From positions 1,054,001 to 1,118,000 of the forward strand of contig OZ251223.1 of the NCBI GenBank assembly GCA_965240325.2: a stretch of 64,000 nt of DNA, written 5' to 3'. Made by a program: the position numbers and the translations under genes. Under the pieces are notes generated by a model. It did no database searches and had not been told where the DNA came from. It saw only the letters and a program-made list of their open reading frames with translations. The stretch comes from Rebecca billardiae RCC1528 (Eukaryota > Protista > Haptophyta). Within the stretch, counting starts at the first letter, position 1; each line of letters starts with the position of its first letter. Below are positions 1 through 13,206 of the stretch, in pieces.

Positions 1-1
1 G

Positions 2-3000
2 CCACCGCCCTCTCCGCCACCGCCGAGCTCACCGCCCAACCTGCCACCGAGCCCGCCGCCGCGCCCGCCGCCCAGCCCGCCGCCGTCACCACCGCCGAGC
101 CCACCACCGCCGCCGAGCCCACCACCGTCGCCACCACCGAGCCCGCCGCCGCGTCCGCCGCCCAGCCCGCCTCCATCACCCCCGCCGAGCCCACCACCGC
201 CGCCAAGTCCACCACCGTCACCACCACCGAGCCCGCCACCGAGCCCGCCGCCGTCACCCCCGCCGAGCCCACCACCGCCGCTGCCACTGCCACCGTCACC
301 ACCGCCGAGCCCGCCGCCGTCACCACCGCCGAGCCCGCCTCTGGTCGCGCAGTCTCTCTTGGAGCTGGACGGCGGCGGCTGGCAGCTCGTGCGCCGCATC
401 GCGCCGAGCGCGGGCACGTGGCATCCTGCGACGGACAGCCTCGCGGGCACCGACGTGTACGGCACGCCCGGTGGCGCAACGGCCAACGTGACCTTCTCGA
501 TCGCCTTCCCTCCGTCCAACGAGTTCCTCTTCGCGACTGGCGACGGCACCAAGTGGGTCATCTGCACGCGCAACGCGGCGATCGGCGACAACTACGAGAA
601 CGAGCTGAGGCCCGTCCTGCTCGCGTCGAGCGGCGTCACACAGGCCCGGTGGTACAACCGTGCGGGCAATCTGGAGGACCCGTGGATCTCGACGACCGAT
701 CTTGCAGATGCTGCGCCCGCCGCGGGCATACTGTACGGCGAGAACGCCTTCACGCAGTATATGCTCGCGCTGACGCAGAACAACGGCGCCAACGTGTACG
801 TGCGCTTCCGCCCGGCCGAGGTGCTCGATGGCGGCGGCTGGCAGCTCGTGCGCCGCGTCGCGCCGAGCGCGGGAACGTGGCATCCTGCGACGGACAGCCT
901 CGCGGGCACCGACGTGTACGGCACGCCCGGTGGCGCAACGGCCAACGTGACCTTCTCGATCGCCTTCCCTCCGTCCAACGAGTTCCTCTTCGCGACGGGC
1001 GACGGCACCAAGTGGGTCATCTGCACGCGCAACGCGGCGATCGGCGACAACTACGAGAACGAGCTGAGGCCCGTCCTGCTCGCGTCGAGCGGCGTCACAC
1101 AGGCCCGGTGGTACAACCGTGCGGGCTATCCGGAGGACCCGTGGATCTCGACCGTGGATCACTTGGTGGTTTCATCCCCTACCAGTGTGCTGCAGCGCAT
1201 GCTATATGGCGAGAATTCCGTCAGCGTTTATCACATGACATCGCTGAATGGGGCGAACGGCGCCAACGTGTACGTGCGCTTCCGAGCATCCCCGTCACCA
1301 CCGCCCTCGCCGCCGCCCAGCCCGCCACCGCCGCCCTCACCACCGCCATCTCCACCACCCTCGCCGCCGCCATCACCGCCACCCTCGCCGCCACCGAGCC
1401 CGCCACCGCCCTCACCACCGCCATCGTCGCCGCCAAGTCCACCACCATCGCCGCCACCGAGTCCACCGCCGTCACCTCCGCCGTCACCACCACCGAGCCC
1501 ACCACCGTCGCCACCTCCGCCACCGTCACCACCGCCGCGCCCACCTCCGAGCCCACCACCGCCACCGAGCCCACCACCGTCGCCGCCTCCGCCACCGTCA
1601 CCACCGCCGAGCCCACCTCCGAGCCCACCACCGCCGCCGAGCCCACCACCGTCGCCGCCTCCGCCACCGTCACCACCGCCGAGCCAGCCGCCCAGCCCGC
1701 CGCCGAGCCCACCACCGCCACCAAGCCCACCACTGTCGCCACCACCGAGCTCGCCGCCGAGCCCGCCGCCCAGCCCGCCACCGTCACCACCACCGAGTCC
1801 ACCACCGCCGCCAAGTCCACCACCGTCACCACCACCGAGCCCGCCGCCGAGCCCGCCGCCACCGCCGTGCCAGGCTGTTTCCGGCTCGGTGGTGTACGCT
1901 GGCTCGTGCTACGTGTATGTCAGCGGCACCGCTACGTGGCAGGGCGCCCGCAACGCGTGCATGTCCCTGATGCAAGATGGGGACCTGGTCAAGGTGGAGG
2001 GCGGCGCCGAGAACACGTGGCTGTGGAGCAATTTCGGCCAGATCTGGCTCGGCGCGTCCGACCTCACGTCCGAGGGCACATGGTTGTGGGCGCGGGACGG
2101 CTCGGCCGTTTCGTACTACACCAACTGGCAACACGGAGAGCCGAGCAACTCAGGCGGCGTTGAGCACTGCGCTGCAATGTGGAGAGATTGGAATGGCGGC
2201 AAGCTTTGGTACGACGCTTCTTGTGCCTTGGTCTTTCCCTACGTGTGCGAGTCACCGGTACCGCCGAGCCCGCCGCCGAGCCCGCCACCGCCGCCAAGCC
2301 CACCACCGTCACCACCACCGAGCCCGCCGCCGCGCCCACCGCCCAGCCCACCACCGTCGTCCCCGCCGAGACCGCCGCCGCGCCCGCCGCCCAGCCCGCC
2401 GCCGTCCCCCCTGCCGAGCCCGCCACCGTCGCCGCCTCCGCCACCATCACCACCGCCGAGCCCGCCGCCGAGCCCGCCGCCCAGCCCGCCACCGCCACCG
2501 AGCCCACCACCGTCATCGCCACCGAGCCCGCCGCCGCGCCCGCCGCCCAGCCCACCACCGTCACCACCACCGAGTCCACCACCGCAGCCGAGCCCCCCAC
2601 CGTCGCCACCACCGAGCCCGCCGCCGCGCCCGCCGCCCAGCCCACCACCGTCATCCCCGCCGAGCCCGCCGCCGCGCCCGCCGCCCAGCCCGCCACCGTC
2701 ACCCCCGCCGAGCCCGCCACCGTCGCCGCCTCCGCCACCGTCACCACCGCCGAGTCCACCGCCGAGCCCGCCGCCGAGCCCGCCGCCGAGCCCACCACCG
2801 CCACCGAGCCCACCACCGTCACCACCACCGAGCCCGCCACCGAGCCCGCCGCCCAGCCCGCCACCATCACCCCCGCCGAGCCCGCCGCCGCGCCCGCCGC
2901 CCAGCCCGCCACCGTCATCCCCGCCGAGCCCGCCACCGTCGCCGCCTCTGCCACCGTCACCACCGCCAAGCCCGCCGCCGAGCCCGCCGCCGAGCCCGCC

Positions 3001-6000
3001 ACCGCCACCGAGCCCACCACCGTCACCACCACCGAGCCCACCGCCGAGCCCGCCCCCGAGCCCGCCACCGCCGCCAAGCCCACCACCGTCACCACCACCG
3101 AGCCCGCCGCCGAGCCCGCCGCCCAGCCCGCCGCCCAGCTCACCACCGTCGCCACCCCCACCACCGTCACCACCGCCGAGACCGCCGCCGAGCCCGCCAC
3201 CCAGCCCGCCGCCGTCACCACCACCGAGTCCACCACCGCCGCCAAGTCCACCACCGTCACCACCACCGAGCCCGCCGCCGAGCCCGCCGCCGTCACCCCC
3301 GCCGAGCCCACCACCGTCGCCGCCTCCGCCACCGTCACCACCGCCGAGCCCGCCGCCCAGCCCGCCGCCCAGCCCGCCACCGCCACCGAGCCCACCACCG
3401 TCACCACCACCGAGCCCACCGCCGAGCCCGCCCCCGAGCCCGCCACCGCCACCAAGCCCACCACCGTCACCACCACCGAGCCCGCCGCCGAGCCCGCCGC
3501 CGAGCCCGCCGCCCAGCTCACCACCGTCGCCGCCCCCACCACCGTCACCACCGCCGAGCCCGCCGCCGAGCCCACCGCCCAGCCCGCCGCCGTCACCACC
3601 ACCGAGTTCACCACCGCCGCCAAGTCCACCACCGTCACCACCACCGAGCCCGCCGCCGAGCCCGCCGCCGTCACCCCCGCCGAGCCCACCACCGTCGCCG
3701 CCTCCGCCACCGGCACCACCGCCGAGCCCGCCGCCGAGCCCGCCGCCGAGCCCGCCACCGCCACCGAGCCCACCACCGTCACCACCACCGAGCCCGCCGC
3801 CGAGCCCGCCGCCCAGCCCGCCACCGTCACCACCACCGAGTCCACCACCGCCGCCAAGTCCACCACCGTCACCACCACCGAGCCCGCCGCCGAGCCCGCC
3901 GCCGTCACCACCACCGAGCCCACCACCGTCGCCGCCTCCGCCACCGGCACCACCACCGAGCCCGCCGCCGAGCCCGCCGCCGAGCCCGCTACCGCCACCG
4001 AGCCCACCACCGTCACCACCACCGAGCCCGCCGCCGAGCCTGCCGCCGTCACCACCACCGAGCCCACCACCGTCGCCGCCTCCGCCACCGGCACCACCGC
4101 CGAGCCCGCCGCCGAGCCCGCCGCCGAGCCCGCCACCGCCACCGAGCCCGCCACCGTCACCACCACCGAGCCCGCCGCCGAGCCCGCCGCCCAGCCCGCC
4201 GCCGTCACCCCCGCCGAGCCCGCCACCGTGGCCGCCTCCGCCACCGTCACCACCGCCGAGCCCGCCGCCGAGCCCGCCGCCGAGCCCGCCACCGCCACCG
4301 AGCCCACCACCGTCACCACCACCGAGCCCGCCACCGAGCCCGCCGCCGTAACCTCCGCCGAGCCCACCACCGTCGCCGAGCCCGCCACCGTCACCACCGC
4401 CGAGCCCGCCGCCGAGCCCGCCGCCCAGCCCGCCGCCGTCACCCCCGCCGAGTCCACCACCGCCGCCATGTCCACCACCGTCACCACCACCGAGCCCGCC
4501 GCCGAGCCCGCCGCCGTCACCACCACCGAGCCCACCACCGTCGCCGCCTCCGCCACCGTCACCACCGCCGAGCCCACCACCGAGCCCGCCGCCCAGCCCG
4601 CCACCGCCACCGAGCCCGCCACCGTCACCACCGCCGAGCCCGCCGCCGAGCCCGCCGCCGCGCCCGCCACCGCCACCGAGCCCACCACCGTCACCACCAC
4701 CGAGCCCGCCACCGAGCCCGCCGACCAGCCCACCACCGTCACCACCACCGAGTCCACCACCGCTGCCGAGCCCACCACCGTCACCACCACCGAGCCCGCC
4801 ACCGAGCCCGCCGCCGTCACCCCCGCCGAGCCCACCACCGTCGCCGAGCCCGCCACCGTCACCACCGCCGAGCCCGCCGCCGAGCCCGCCGCCCAGCCCG
4901 CCGCCGTCACCCCCGCCGAGTCCACCACCGCCGCCATGTCCACCACCGTCACCACCACCGAGCCCGCCGCCGAGCCCGCCGCCGTCACCACCACCGAGCC
5001 CACCACCGTCGCCGCCTCCGCCACCGTCACCACCGCCGAGCCCACCACCGAGCCCGCCGCCCAGCCCGCCACCGCCACCGAGCCCGCCACCGTCACCACC
5101 GCCGAGCCCGCCGCCGAGCCCGCCGCCGCGCCCGCCACCGCCACCGAGCCCACCACCGTCACCACCACCGAGCCCGCCACCGAGCCCGCCGACCAGCCCA
5201 CCACCGTCACCACCACCGAGTCCACCACCGCTGCCGAGCCCCCCACCGTCGCCACCACCGAGCCCGCCACCGAGCCCGCCGCCCAGCCTGCCGCCGTCAC
5301 CACCACCGAGCCCACCACCGTCGCCACCTCCGCCACCGTCACCACCGCCGAGCCCACCACCGAGCCCGCCGCCGCGCCCACCGCCCAGCCCTCCACCGTC
5401 ATCCCCGCCGAGCCCGCCACCGTCGCCGCCTCCGCCACCGTCACCACCGTCGAGCCCGCCGCCGAGCCCGCCGCCGAGCCCGCCACCGCCACCGAGCCCA
5501 CCACCGTCACCACCACCGAGCCCGCCGCCGCGCCCGCCGCCCAGCCCGCCGCCAAGCCCACCACCTTCGCCCCCGCCTAGTCCGCCGCCCAGCCCGCCGC
5601 CCAGCCCGCCGCCGTCACCTCCGCTGCCGCCACCACCGAGCCCGCCGCCGAGCCCGCCTCCCAGCCCGCCTCCCAACCCGCCACCGAGCCCGCCGCCCAA
5701 CCCGCCGCCAAGCCCACCACCTTCGCCCCCGCCCAGCCCGCCGCCCAGCCCGCCGCCCAGCCCGCCGCCGTCACCTCCGCTGCCTCCACCACCGAGCCCG
5801 CCACCGAGCCCGCCACCCAACCCGCCGCCGAGCCCGCCGCCAAGCCTGCCGCCAAGCCCGCCGCCAAGCCCACCACCTTCGCCCCCGCCCAGCCCGCCGC
5901 CCAGCCCGCCGCCCAGCCCGCCGCCGTCACCTCCGCTGCCGCCACCACCGAGCCCGCCACCGAGCCCGCCGCCGAGCCCTCCACCTTCGCCACCGCCGAC

Positions 6001-9000
6001 CCCCCCGCCGAGCCCGCCGCCAAGCCCACCACCTTCGCCCCCGCCAAGCCCACCGCCCAGCCCGCCGCCCGGCCCGCCACCGCCACCTCCGCCACCACCA
6101 CCGCCACCGAGCCCGCCTCCCAACCCGCCGCCGAGCCCGCCGCCAAGCCCGCCACCCTCTCCGCCGCCGAGCCCGCCGCCGAGCCCGCCGCCCACCCCGC
6201 CACCGAGCCTGCCGCCAAGCCTGCCGCCGAGCCCGCCGCCGATCCCGCCGCCCAGCCCACCACCACCGCCGAGCCCGCCACCGTCGCAACCCCCGAGCCT
6301 GCCGCCCAGCCCGCCGCCGAGCCCGCCGCCGTCGCCACCACCCAGTCCACCACCCCGGCCGCCGAGCCCGCCGCAGAGCCCGCCCCCCAGCCCACCATTG
6401 CAGCCGCCGCCGTCGCCGCCGCCTGCCTCTGCGCCCTCCGCCCCACAGCCACCGCCGCCGCCGCCGCCCTCGCCACGAGCGATGGGCCGCGCGTACGACG
6501 GCTACCTTGCGGACTGTATCGTCTTCGTCGACCTCGACGCCGACCTTCGACTCGACGCGGACGAGCCGTTCGCCGCCACCGACGCGAGCGGCGGCTTCCC
6601 GCTGCTCAACGCGGACGGGCGGTACGGCGCCGCGCCGTACGTGCTGCTCGCCGAGGCGGGCGGCGCGTGCGTCGACTCCAACTCGGGGTTGGACGTCAGG
6701 ATCCCGCTGATGGCGGGCGCGGGGCAGGTGGCCATCTCGTCGATGACAACAGTCGTGCTCCTCGCCGCGCGCGCGCTCGAGGCGCGCGGCGTCGGCGCGC
6801 CCGCGCTCGCTCTGCTCTCCTCCGGCGGCGGCGCGCCCAGCGAGGCGGCCGCGTCCGACCTCGAGCTCGCGACCGAGCTCGCGGTCGGCGGCTGCCTGCA
6901 GCTGGACATGGGGCCTGCCGGCGGGCTCGCCGACCCGTTCCCCGAGCTGTGGCTCGGTGGCGAGCAGGCCGCGCCCAAGGCGGAGCTCGTGCAGCAGACG
7001 GCGGTGCTGCACGCCGTGACGACGCTCGTCGCGGGCGCGCTCGCCGCGTACGTCTCTGGCAACTCGACGCAATTCGCGTCCGCGGAGGCGATGCGTCCGC
7101 ACGCGGTGAGCGTGCAGCAGGCGATGGCCACGCTGATGGCGGACGCGCTCGAGGCCGGGCTGCGCGCTGCGGCGCTCAATCTGACCAGCGGCGCGCCTCT
7201 CGGTGGGGCCAGTACCGGCGCTGCGCCGCCCAACGTGTCGTGCGCGCTCGACCTCGGCTCGGAGGCGACGGTGGAGGCGGTCGTGTCGCGCGCGAGCGCG
7301 CAGCAGCTCGGCGCGAGCGTGCAGCCGCCGGCCGAGACGGTAGCGCCGCTCTCGCGGCTGATATCCTCCACCGTGCGCGCGACGCGATCGTTCGTACAGC
7401 CCGCCGCCGCCGCGGTGCGCGCCTCGCCCAACGCCACGGCCAACGCCACCGCTGCCGCGTCGGCCTACGTGCAGCGCGTGAGCGCGGGCGCTCGGCTCGT
7501 GCAGTCGACGCTGCTCGCGATGGTCGCGCCGCTGCTCGCGACGCTGGGGCGCGAGATGCGGGCGCCGAACGCGACGACGCCGCCGCCGCTCGTTGGCGCG
7601 AACACAAGCAACGCAACGGCGCTCAACGCAACCGACGGCGCGCCTGCCGCCGGCGGCGGCGCGGGCTCGTCCGCGCTGCTCGCCTCGACGGTGGCCGCTC
7701 TGCAGGAGATTGCAATCTCGGTGGGCGTGGCCGACGGCACCGGCACGCCCGCCGCGGTCGAGAGCGAGCTGGGCGGCGTGGTGCCAGCGGAGTGCCCGCC
7801 GACGGCGTGGTGCGCATCGGCAGCCGCCCTGTTGCACCCGCCGCGGCTGCTGCGGGCGCGCTTCAACGGCCAGGCGACGGCGCTGCGCCTCGAGTTCGAC
7901 GCGCAGCCGACCGACCGCGCAGGCATGGCGACGGGCGTGCAGCCGTGCAGCATTGTGCTCGACGATGCGACGCTCGCGCGCGTGCGCGGCGCGGCGGAGG
8001 CGGAGCCGGGCTGCTTCTGGGAGGACGACAGCACGCTCGTCGTGCAGCTGGACAGCCGCACCGCCCTGTTCCCCGGCGATGCCGTGGGCATCCGCGCCGA
8101 CGCGCTGCGGCCGCGCGGCAGCGCGCAGCCGTGCCCGCACGAGCTATGCGCGCCCGCGGCGCAGGTGACCATCCCGGCACAGCCCGCGGCGGCGTGCGTC
8201 GGCGGATGCCCGGTGCCCGTGGCGGTGCTCGCGGGGCCGACGACGGTGTCGTCCTGCCCGTATCAGCCGATTCTGCTGCGCTCGACCGGCTCGTCCGCCG
8301 GCGGCATCGCGGCGCCCGAGTACTCCTGGTCCGTCAACGCGACGGCCGCGGTAGCGCTCGCGCCCGCCGCTGCGGACGCGCTCGTCTCTCGGGTGGCAGC
8401 GGCGCGCGGGCCGAGCCTGAGCGTGGAGCTGCCGCCGGGCGCAGAGTTTGTCTTCGAGCTCCGGCTCGTCTCGTTCCTCGGCTTCGCCTCCGCGCCCGCC
8501 GCCGCCTCCGTCGTCCGCACCGCCTCGCTCTCGCCGACGGTCGCGCTGCTCGGCCCAGCGGTGCAGACGGTGGCGCGGCCGGGCGCAAAGCACGTGCTGC
8601 TCGCGCGCGCCGAGCCTGCGTCGTGCTCGCCGGCGGCGACGTCGCGTGGGATCCAGTTTCTGTGGGCAGTGCGCGCCGCGCAGCCCGCTGACGGCTCCGC
8701 TGGCCCTACGCCGCCACCGCCCTTCGACGCGGCGACGGCGGGCACGCGCGCGCAGCTCACACTTGCGCCCTACTCGCTTCGCGCTGGCTACCAGTATGAG
8801 CTCGAGCTCACGGCGACGATGGCGGCAGACGCGGCGGCGAGCGCGAGCGTGCGTGTGAAGCTGCTCGTGGGCACGGCACCCGTACGCGCCGCCATCGACT
8901 CGGGCGACCGCACCGCCTCGCTCGAGGCGGACGCCATCGTGTTCGACGGCTCGGCCTCTGAAGACGGCAACACGGGCGGCTCAGACGGCCTTGCCTTCGC

Positions 9001-12000
9001 GTGGACGGTGGTGAGCGCGGGCGGCGGCAGCGACGAGCCGTCGCCGCCGCCGCTCGCATCGGTGTCCGGCACGGCTGCAAATGCGACGCACTTCTCGCTC
9101 GCGCCCGCTCAGCTCGGCCTGGCCGCGGGCGCGTACGACGTCCGCCTCGCCGTCTCGAGCGCAGACGGGCGCGCGGCCACGGCCAGCGTGCGGCTCACGC
9201 TCGTGCCGGGCGTTGTGCCGCAGCTGGCGCTTGCGCTCAGTGGGGCCGGGCGCGGGAAGTACAACGCGGCTTGGGACTCGCCCGGCGAGTCGATCTCGGT
9301 GCTCGTGACGCTGGGCGTCGGCGTGTCCGCGGCCGAGGCCGCTGACGAGCCCGCCCTCGCGTACCGCTGGAGCGTCGCCGAGATGGTCGACGGCGTGGCC
9401 GCGCCCGCGCGCCGCGTCGACGGCCGCCCGCTCGACCTCGCAGACGCGCGCATGACCACGACGACGGGCGACGCGAAGCGCTCCCTCGTCTTTCGTTCGG
9501 GGGTGCTCACGCCTGGCGCGACGTACGCGCTCACGCTCGAGGTGTCTGGCGCCGCGCAGCCCGCCGTCTCGCGCCTCATCGTCGTGATGAACCGCCCTCC
9601 GTACGGCGGCAGCCTGCAGCTCTCGCCGGCTGTGGCGAACGCGTTCGAGCCCGTCGCGCTGATCGCGGCCGGCTGGACGGACGACGAGGCTGAGGACCTG
9701 CCGCTGCGGTACGCGTTCGGGTACGTGCGCGCGGGCACGGCTGCGGAGCAGCAACTCACCGCCGCGTCCTCGCTCGAGCCCACCGCCTCCGCCGTGCTGC
9801 CCGAGGGCGAGCACAACGCGACGCTCGCCGTGACCGACCAGTTTGGCGGCGTGGCGAGGGCGAGCGCGCGCGCGCGCGTGCTGCCGCTGCCGCCGGCCAA
9901 CGTCACCGCGGAGGCTGCGGCCGGGCAGGTGAGCGTGACGCAGAGCGCGCTCGACGAGGGCGATGTCGACCTTGCGCTGCAGCTCGTCGTCGCCATCGCA
10001 GATGCCATGCTGCCCGCCGTCACCGCGGCCAACGCCACCGACGCGCGCGCCCTCACAGCCAGCCTGCTCTCGCAAACAGCCGCGCTCGCAGCCGCTGGCG
10101 TGTCTGAGCTCGACGGCGGGCGGGCGGCGTTGTCGAATGCGGTCGCAGCAGCGCTTGCCGAGCCACTCGCGCTCTCCGCCGACTCGCAGCTCGAAGGCCT
10201 CACGCAGCTCGCCACCATCGTCGGGAACTCGCCGTCGGCAGTCGGCATTGACGCCACGACCGCGGGCAACGTCGGCCGCGGCATCGACTCGGTCCTCGCC
10301 GCAGCCGCTCCCGGCGGCGGCGGCGGCGGCACCGCGCCGAGCGCGGGGACGGAGCCGGCGATAGACGAGGCAGTGCGGAGCTCCGCACGCACGCTCTCCG
10401 ACGGGCTCCTCCTCGGTGTGCTCCCGGGCGAGCGCGCGCGCGGCTATGTCGGCGAGCGGCTGAGCTTGAGCTCGGCGCGAGAGTTTGCCGCCTCGGTCGA
10501 GAACTCGACCGTCGATGTGGCCGGTGGGCGCGGCACGGTGGGCCTACCGGTGGGCGTGCTCGACGGCACTTCGGTGAGCGGCGACGCGGTGGACGTGCAG
10601 CTCGTGCTGCTCCAGCGCAACGTGCACGACGACCCGCGAGACCGCCCAGGGGACCTCGGCACGGCGCGTGTCAGCGCGCTCGGCGACGGCAGCGACGCCG
10701 AGTACACGCTCGGCCGCCGAGAGAGCGGCGAGGACTCCGGCGAGGTCACGGTGAATCAAATCGAGACGGAGAGCTTCGAGGACAAGTCACCAAGCGGCGT
10801 GGTCCAGGAGGTGGCCGGGCGGCTTGCGGCCAACTTTTGGGGCGTGGTCGTCGTGTGCGTCGTGCTCGGGCCGATGCTGCTGCTGCTCCTCGTCGCGCAC
10901 CGCGTCGACCTGCAGATCGAGCGGCAGCCGTCGGTGCCGCAGTGGAAGCTGCGCGCGGCAAAGTCCATCTGGTGGCGCGCGGGGGCGCACATGCTCACGC
11001 GCTCGACGCTCACCTCGTGGCTCACGCGGCTGCCGGGCGACCCGGTGAGCGCGAAGATGCGCGTGCTGCTGCTGATGAACGTGACGCTGGTCGAGCTCTT
11101 CGTGATGGCGCTCTTCATCGGCCAGGCGGAGGACATCTCCGCGACGCAGCTGATCGTGAGCATGGCGGTGGGCATCGCGTCGGGCTACCCGTACGAGGCC
11201 TTCTTCCTTGAGCGGCTGCTCGTGTGGAGCGTGCGCAGGCGCGGGCTGCTCGAGGAGCGGCCGGACGGCGTCGACCTGGTGGACGCGCAGACGCGCCGCG
11301 CCGCGCTGCGCGTCGCGGCGGTGGCCAAGCCGACGCCCACGACGACCGGTGGGACCGCCGCGGCGATTGGGGCGCGGGGCGCGGCGAGGGTGGCGCACGA
11401 CGCGGTGCAGGGCGCGGCCCACGCCGCGGCGCACGCCGCACACCTCGATCGCCACCACGCCCAGCAGCCCAAGGCCAGCGAGTCGGACGGAAGCGAGCCG
11501 GTCGCACACAAGCTGCGGTACGCGCGTCCGGAGCTCGTCAAGCTGATCGAGGCGGAGGCGGTCAGCGCGCTGGCGGCCAGCGAGGCGGCGGGCGAGGAGG
11601 CCAATGGCGCGCCCCCGCCGCCGCCCTCGCCGAGCGCCCGGCCCTCGCCCATGCCTCGGTCGCAGTCGCTCGGTCGGATGGCCCACCTCGGCGGCGCCTC
11701 CGCCGCGTCGCCCGTCGCGCCGCGCCGCGCGGCGGATTCAGGCGCGCGTGACAGCAGCAGCAGGGTGGCGCCGCCGCGCGCGCTCGTGCGCCGCGCGAGC
11801 TCGGTCCGCTCGGCGGCCCAGCCCGGCTGGATGCGGGCCAAGGCCGCTGGTCTGCCACCGGGCACGATGACGGTGAGCATGCCCGACCAGGCGCTCATCT
11901 CCATCCCGACGGACCATGGGCAGATCGTCGGCTTCTTCGTCGCGCGCGCGTGGCGGGAGACTGTGATCAAGTCGATCCCTCCGCCCAACAGGCAGTCCAT

Positions 12001-12973
12001 CCTCTCCGAGATGGCGGGCGTGCAGCTGCACTTTGACCGCGGGCAGGACGAGCTACTGATGGAGGCGCACCGCACGCTCGACTTCCTCCACGACGGCGTA
12101 GCCGACGTGCGCTTCGTGCAGGCCGAGCACGTGTACCGCCGCAGCCCGATCCCCGCGGACGAGGCGCGGAGAACGTACGGCATCCTCAGCATGCGCATGC
12201 ACACGCGGCGCGAATCGACGGCCGGAGGCGCGGCCAAGAAGGCGCGGCGGGGCAGCCTGACGGCCGGCCTGGGGCGCGGAGACAAGGAGAGCGTGCCGAT
12301 GGGCAAGATGGTGCAGGTCATGCACCTCACCAGCCCGTACATCGATGGCCGCCAGATCCTGCCCACCGACGTGATCGCGCAGCCCAACGTGGCCGCGCGC
12401 GCCGCCCTCGACGCGTACGACCAGGTGCACGGCCACGGCCACGGTCACCGCCACGGGAACGGGCGCGCCGCGTCCGCCGAGCTCGGCGAGGCCGAGGCAG
12501 CGGCTGCGGAGTCGGGCGCGGCGGGCGCAAGCGCGCACGCCGAGCCGATGACACGGCATCGCGTGCACGAGCGCGTGCGCCTCACGCGCTCCGAGCTGGA
12601 GCACGCGCAGTGGTGGTCGAACAAGCCGAAGAGGTGGAAGCTGCGGACGGCGACCACGGTGAACGTGCTCCTCATCTGCGCCGTGGCGTGCATGGTGCTC
12701 GCCTTCTCCATCCTCGGCGGCGCGGGCGTGCGCGACCCCGACATGTGGCGGCAGGAGATCCTCGTCGCGTGGCTCATCGAGACCGCGTTCAAGCTCGCGC
12801 TCATCGAGCCGGGCGTCGTGATCACGCAGCTGATCGTCGATCTCGTTGTGAAGACGTGCGTGCCCGAGTCGTACCGCGCATGGGCGATCGAGGTGTTCGT
12901 CGAGCCCCTCCTGCACCAGCTGCGCAGGCCGAAAAAGCTGTTCAAGGATGTCCTCGGCTTCGACGTGTGCTAG
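2..12973 (+). CDS. Giant cell-surface protein, 5'-truncated by the window: Ser-Pro(n) extensin-like stalks, two fibrinogen/lectin-like domains, a C-type lectin, a Ca-binding SdrD-B-like motif, a PKD/REJ region and a C-terminal multi-TM region (polycystin-1-like). One in-frame TAA at 4349-4351.
   Basis: Frame +2 is open from base 2 to 12973 apart from TAA 4349-4351; ORFs 359..4351 and 6398..12973 share this frame. REJ-like motif VMNRPPYGGSLQLSP...GWTDD..EDLPLRYAFGY. PKD-like FDGSASED...LAFAWT. AYDGYLADCIVFVDLDADLRLDADEPF. Hydrophobic segments at ~10830-11190 and ~12660-12850. Confidence 0.75.
371..1283 (+). repeat. Tandem duplication of a ~153-aa extracellular domain (GGGWQLVRR...GANVYVRF), 459-bp period
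   Basis: Copies start at 371 and 830. The DNA is near-identical for ~320 bp and then diverges. Confidence 0.9.
1868..2251 (+). other. C-type lectin domain within the giant CDS
   Basis: CYVYV..ATWQGARNAC..LVKV..EN..IWLGASD..EGTWLW..YTNW..GEPSN..EHC..WYD..C...YVCE. Confidence 0.9.
2261..6475 (+). repeat. Coding Ser-Pro3-5 minisatellite array (also 1-345 and 1290-1866)
   Basis: Continuous ccg/cca/agc/tca repeats encoding SPPP(P)(P), with higher-order block duplications. Confidence 0.95.
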
Positions 12974-13206
12974 CTGATGCGCGGGCCCTGCACGGGCCTT
13001 GCACAACCTAGCTGATAGGCTGCTACAGCGCATGACGTATCGTCCGGGGACCCACTACAGCTGACTAAGAATTAATCTGTGCCCTGGCGGGCGGGGGGGT
13101 CGGCGGCTGGCTGATTGAGACCCAGCCGTTTCATCTCCGCGACGTCGATTTTCTGGCGACGCCGCGGAGCAGCGCGGAGCTGAAGCTCGTCAGAAAAGGC
13201 GGGGTC

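Noticed and set aside
1977-6710. Huge Arg/His-rich, Thr/Ala/Glu mucin-like and Gly-rich ORFs in other frames
   Set aside because: Shadow frames of the Ser-Pro repeat. Only frame +2 is continuous with the lectin and REJ domains.
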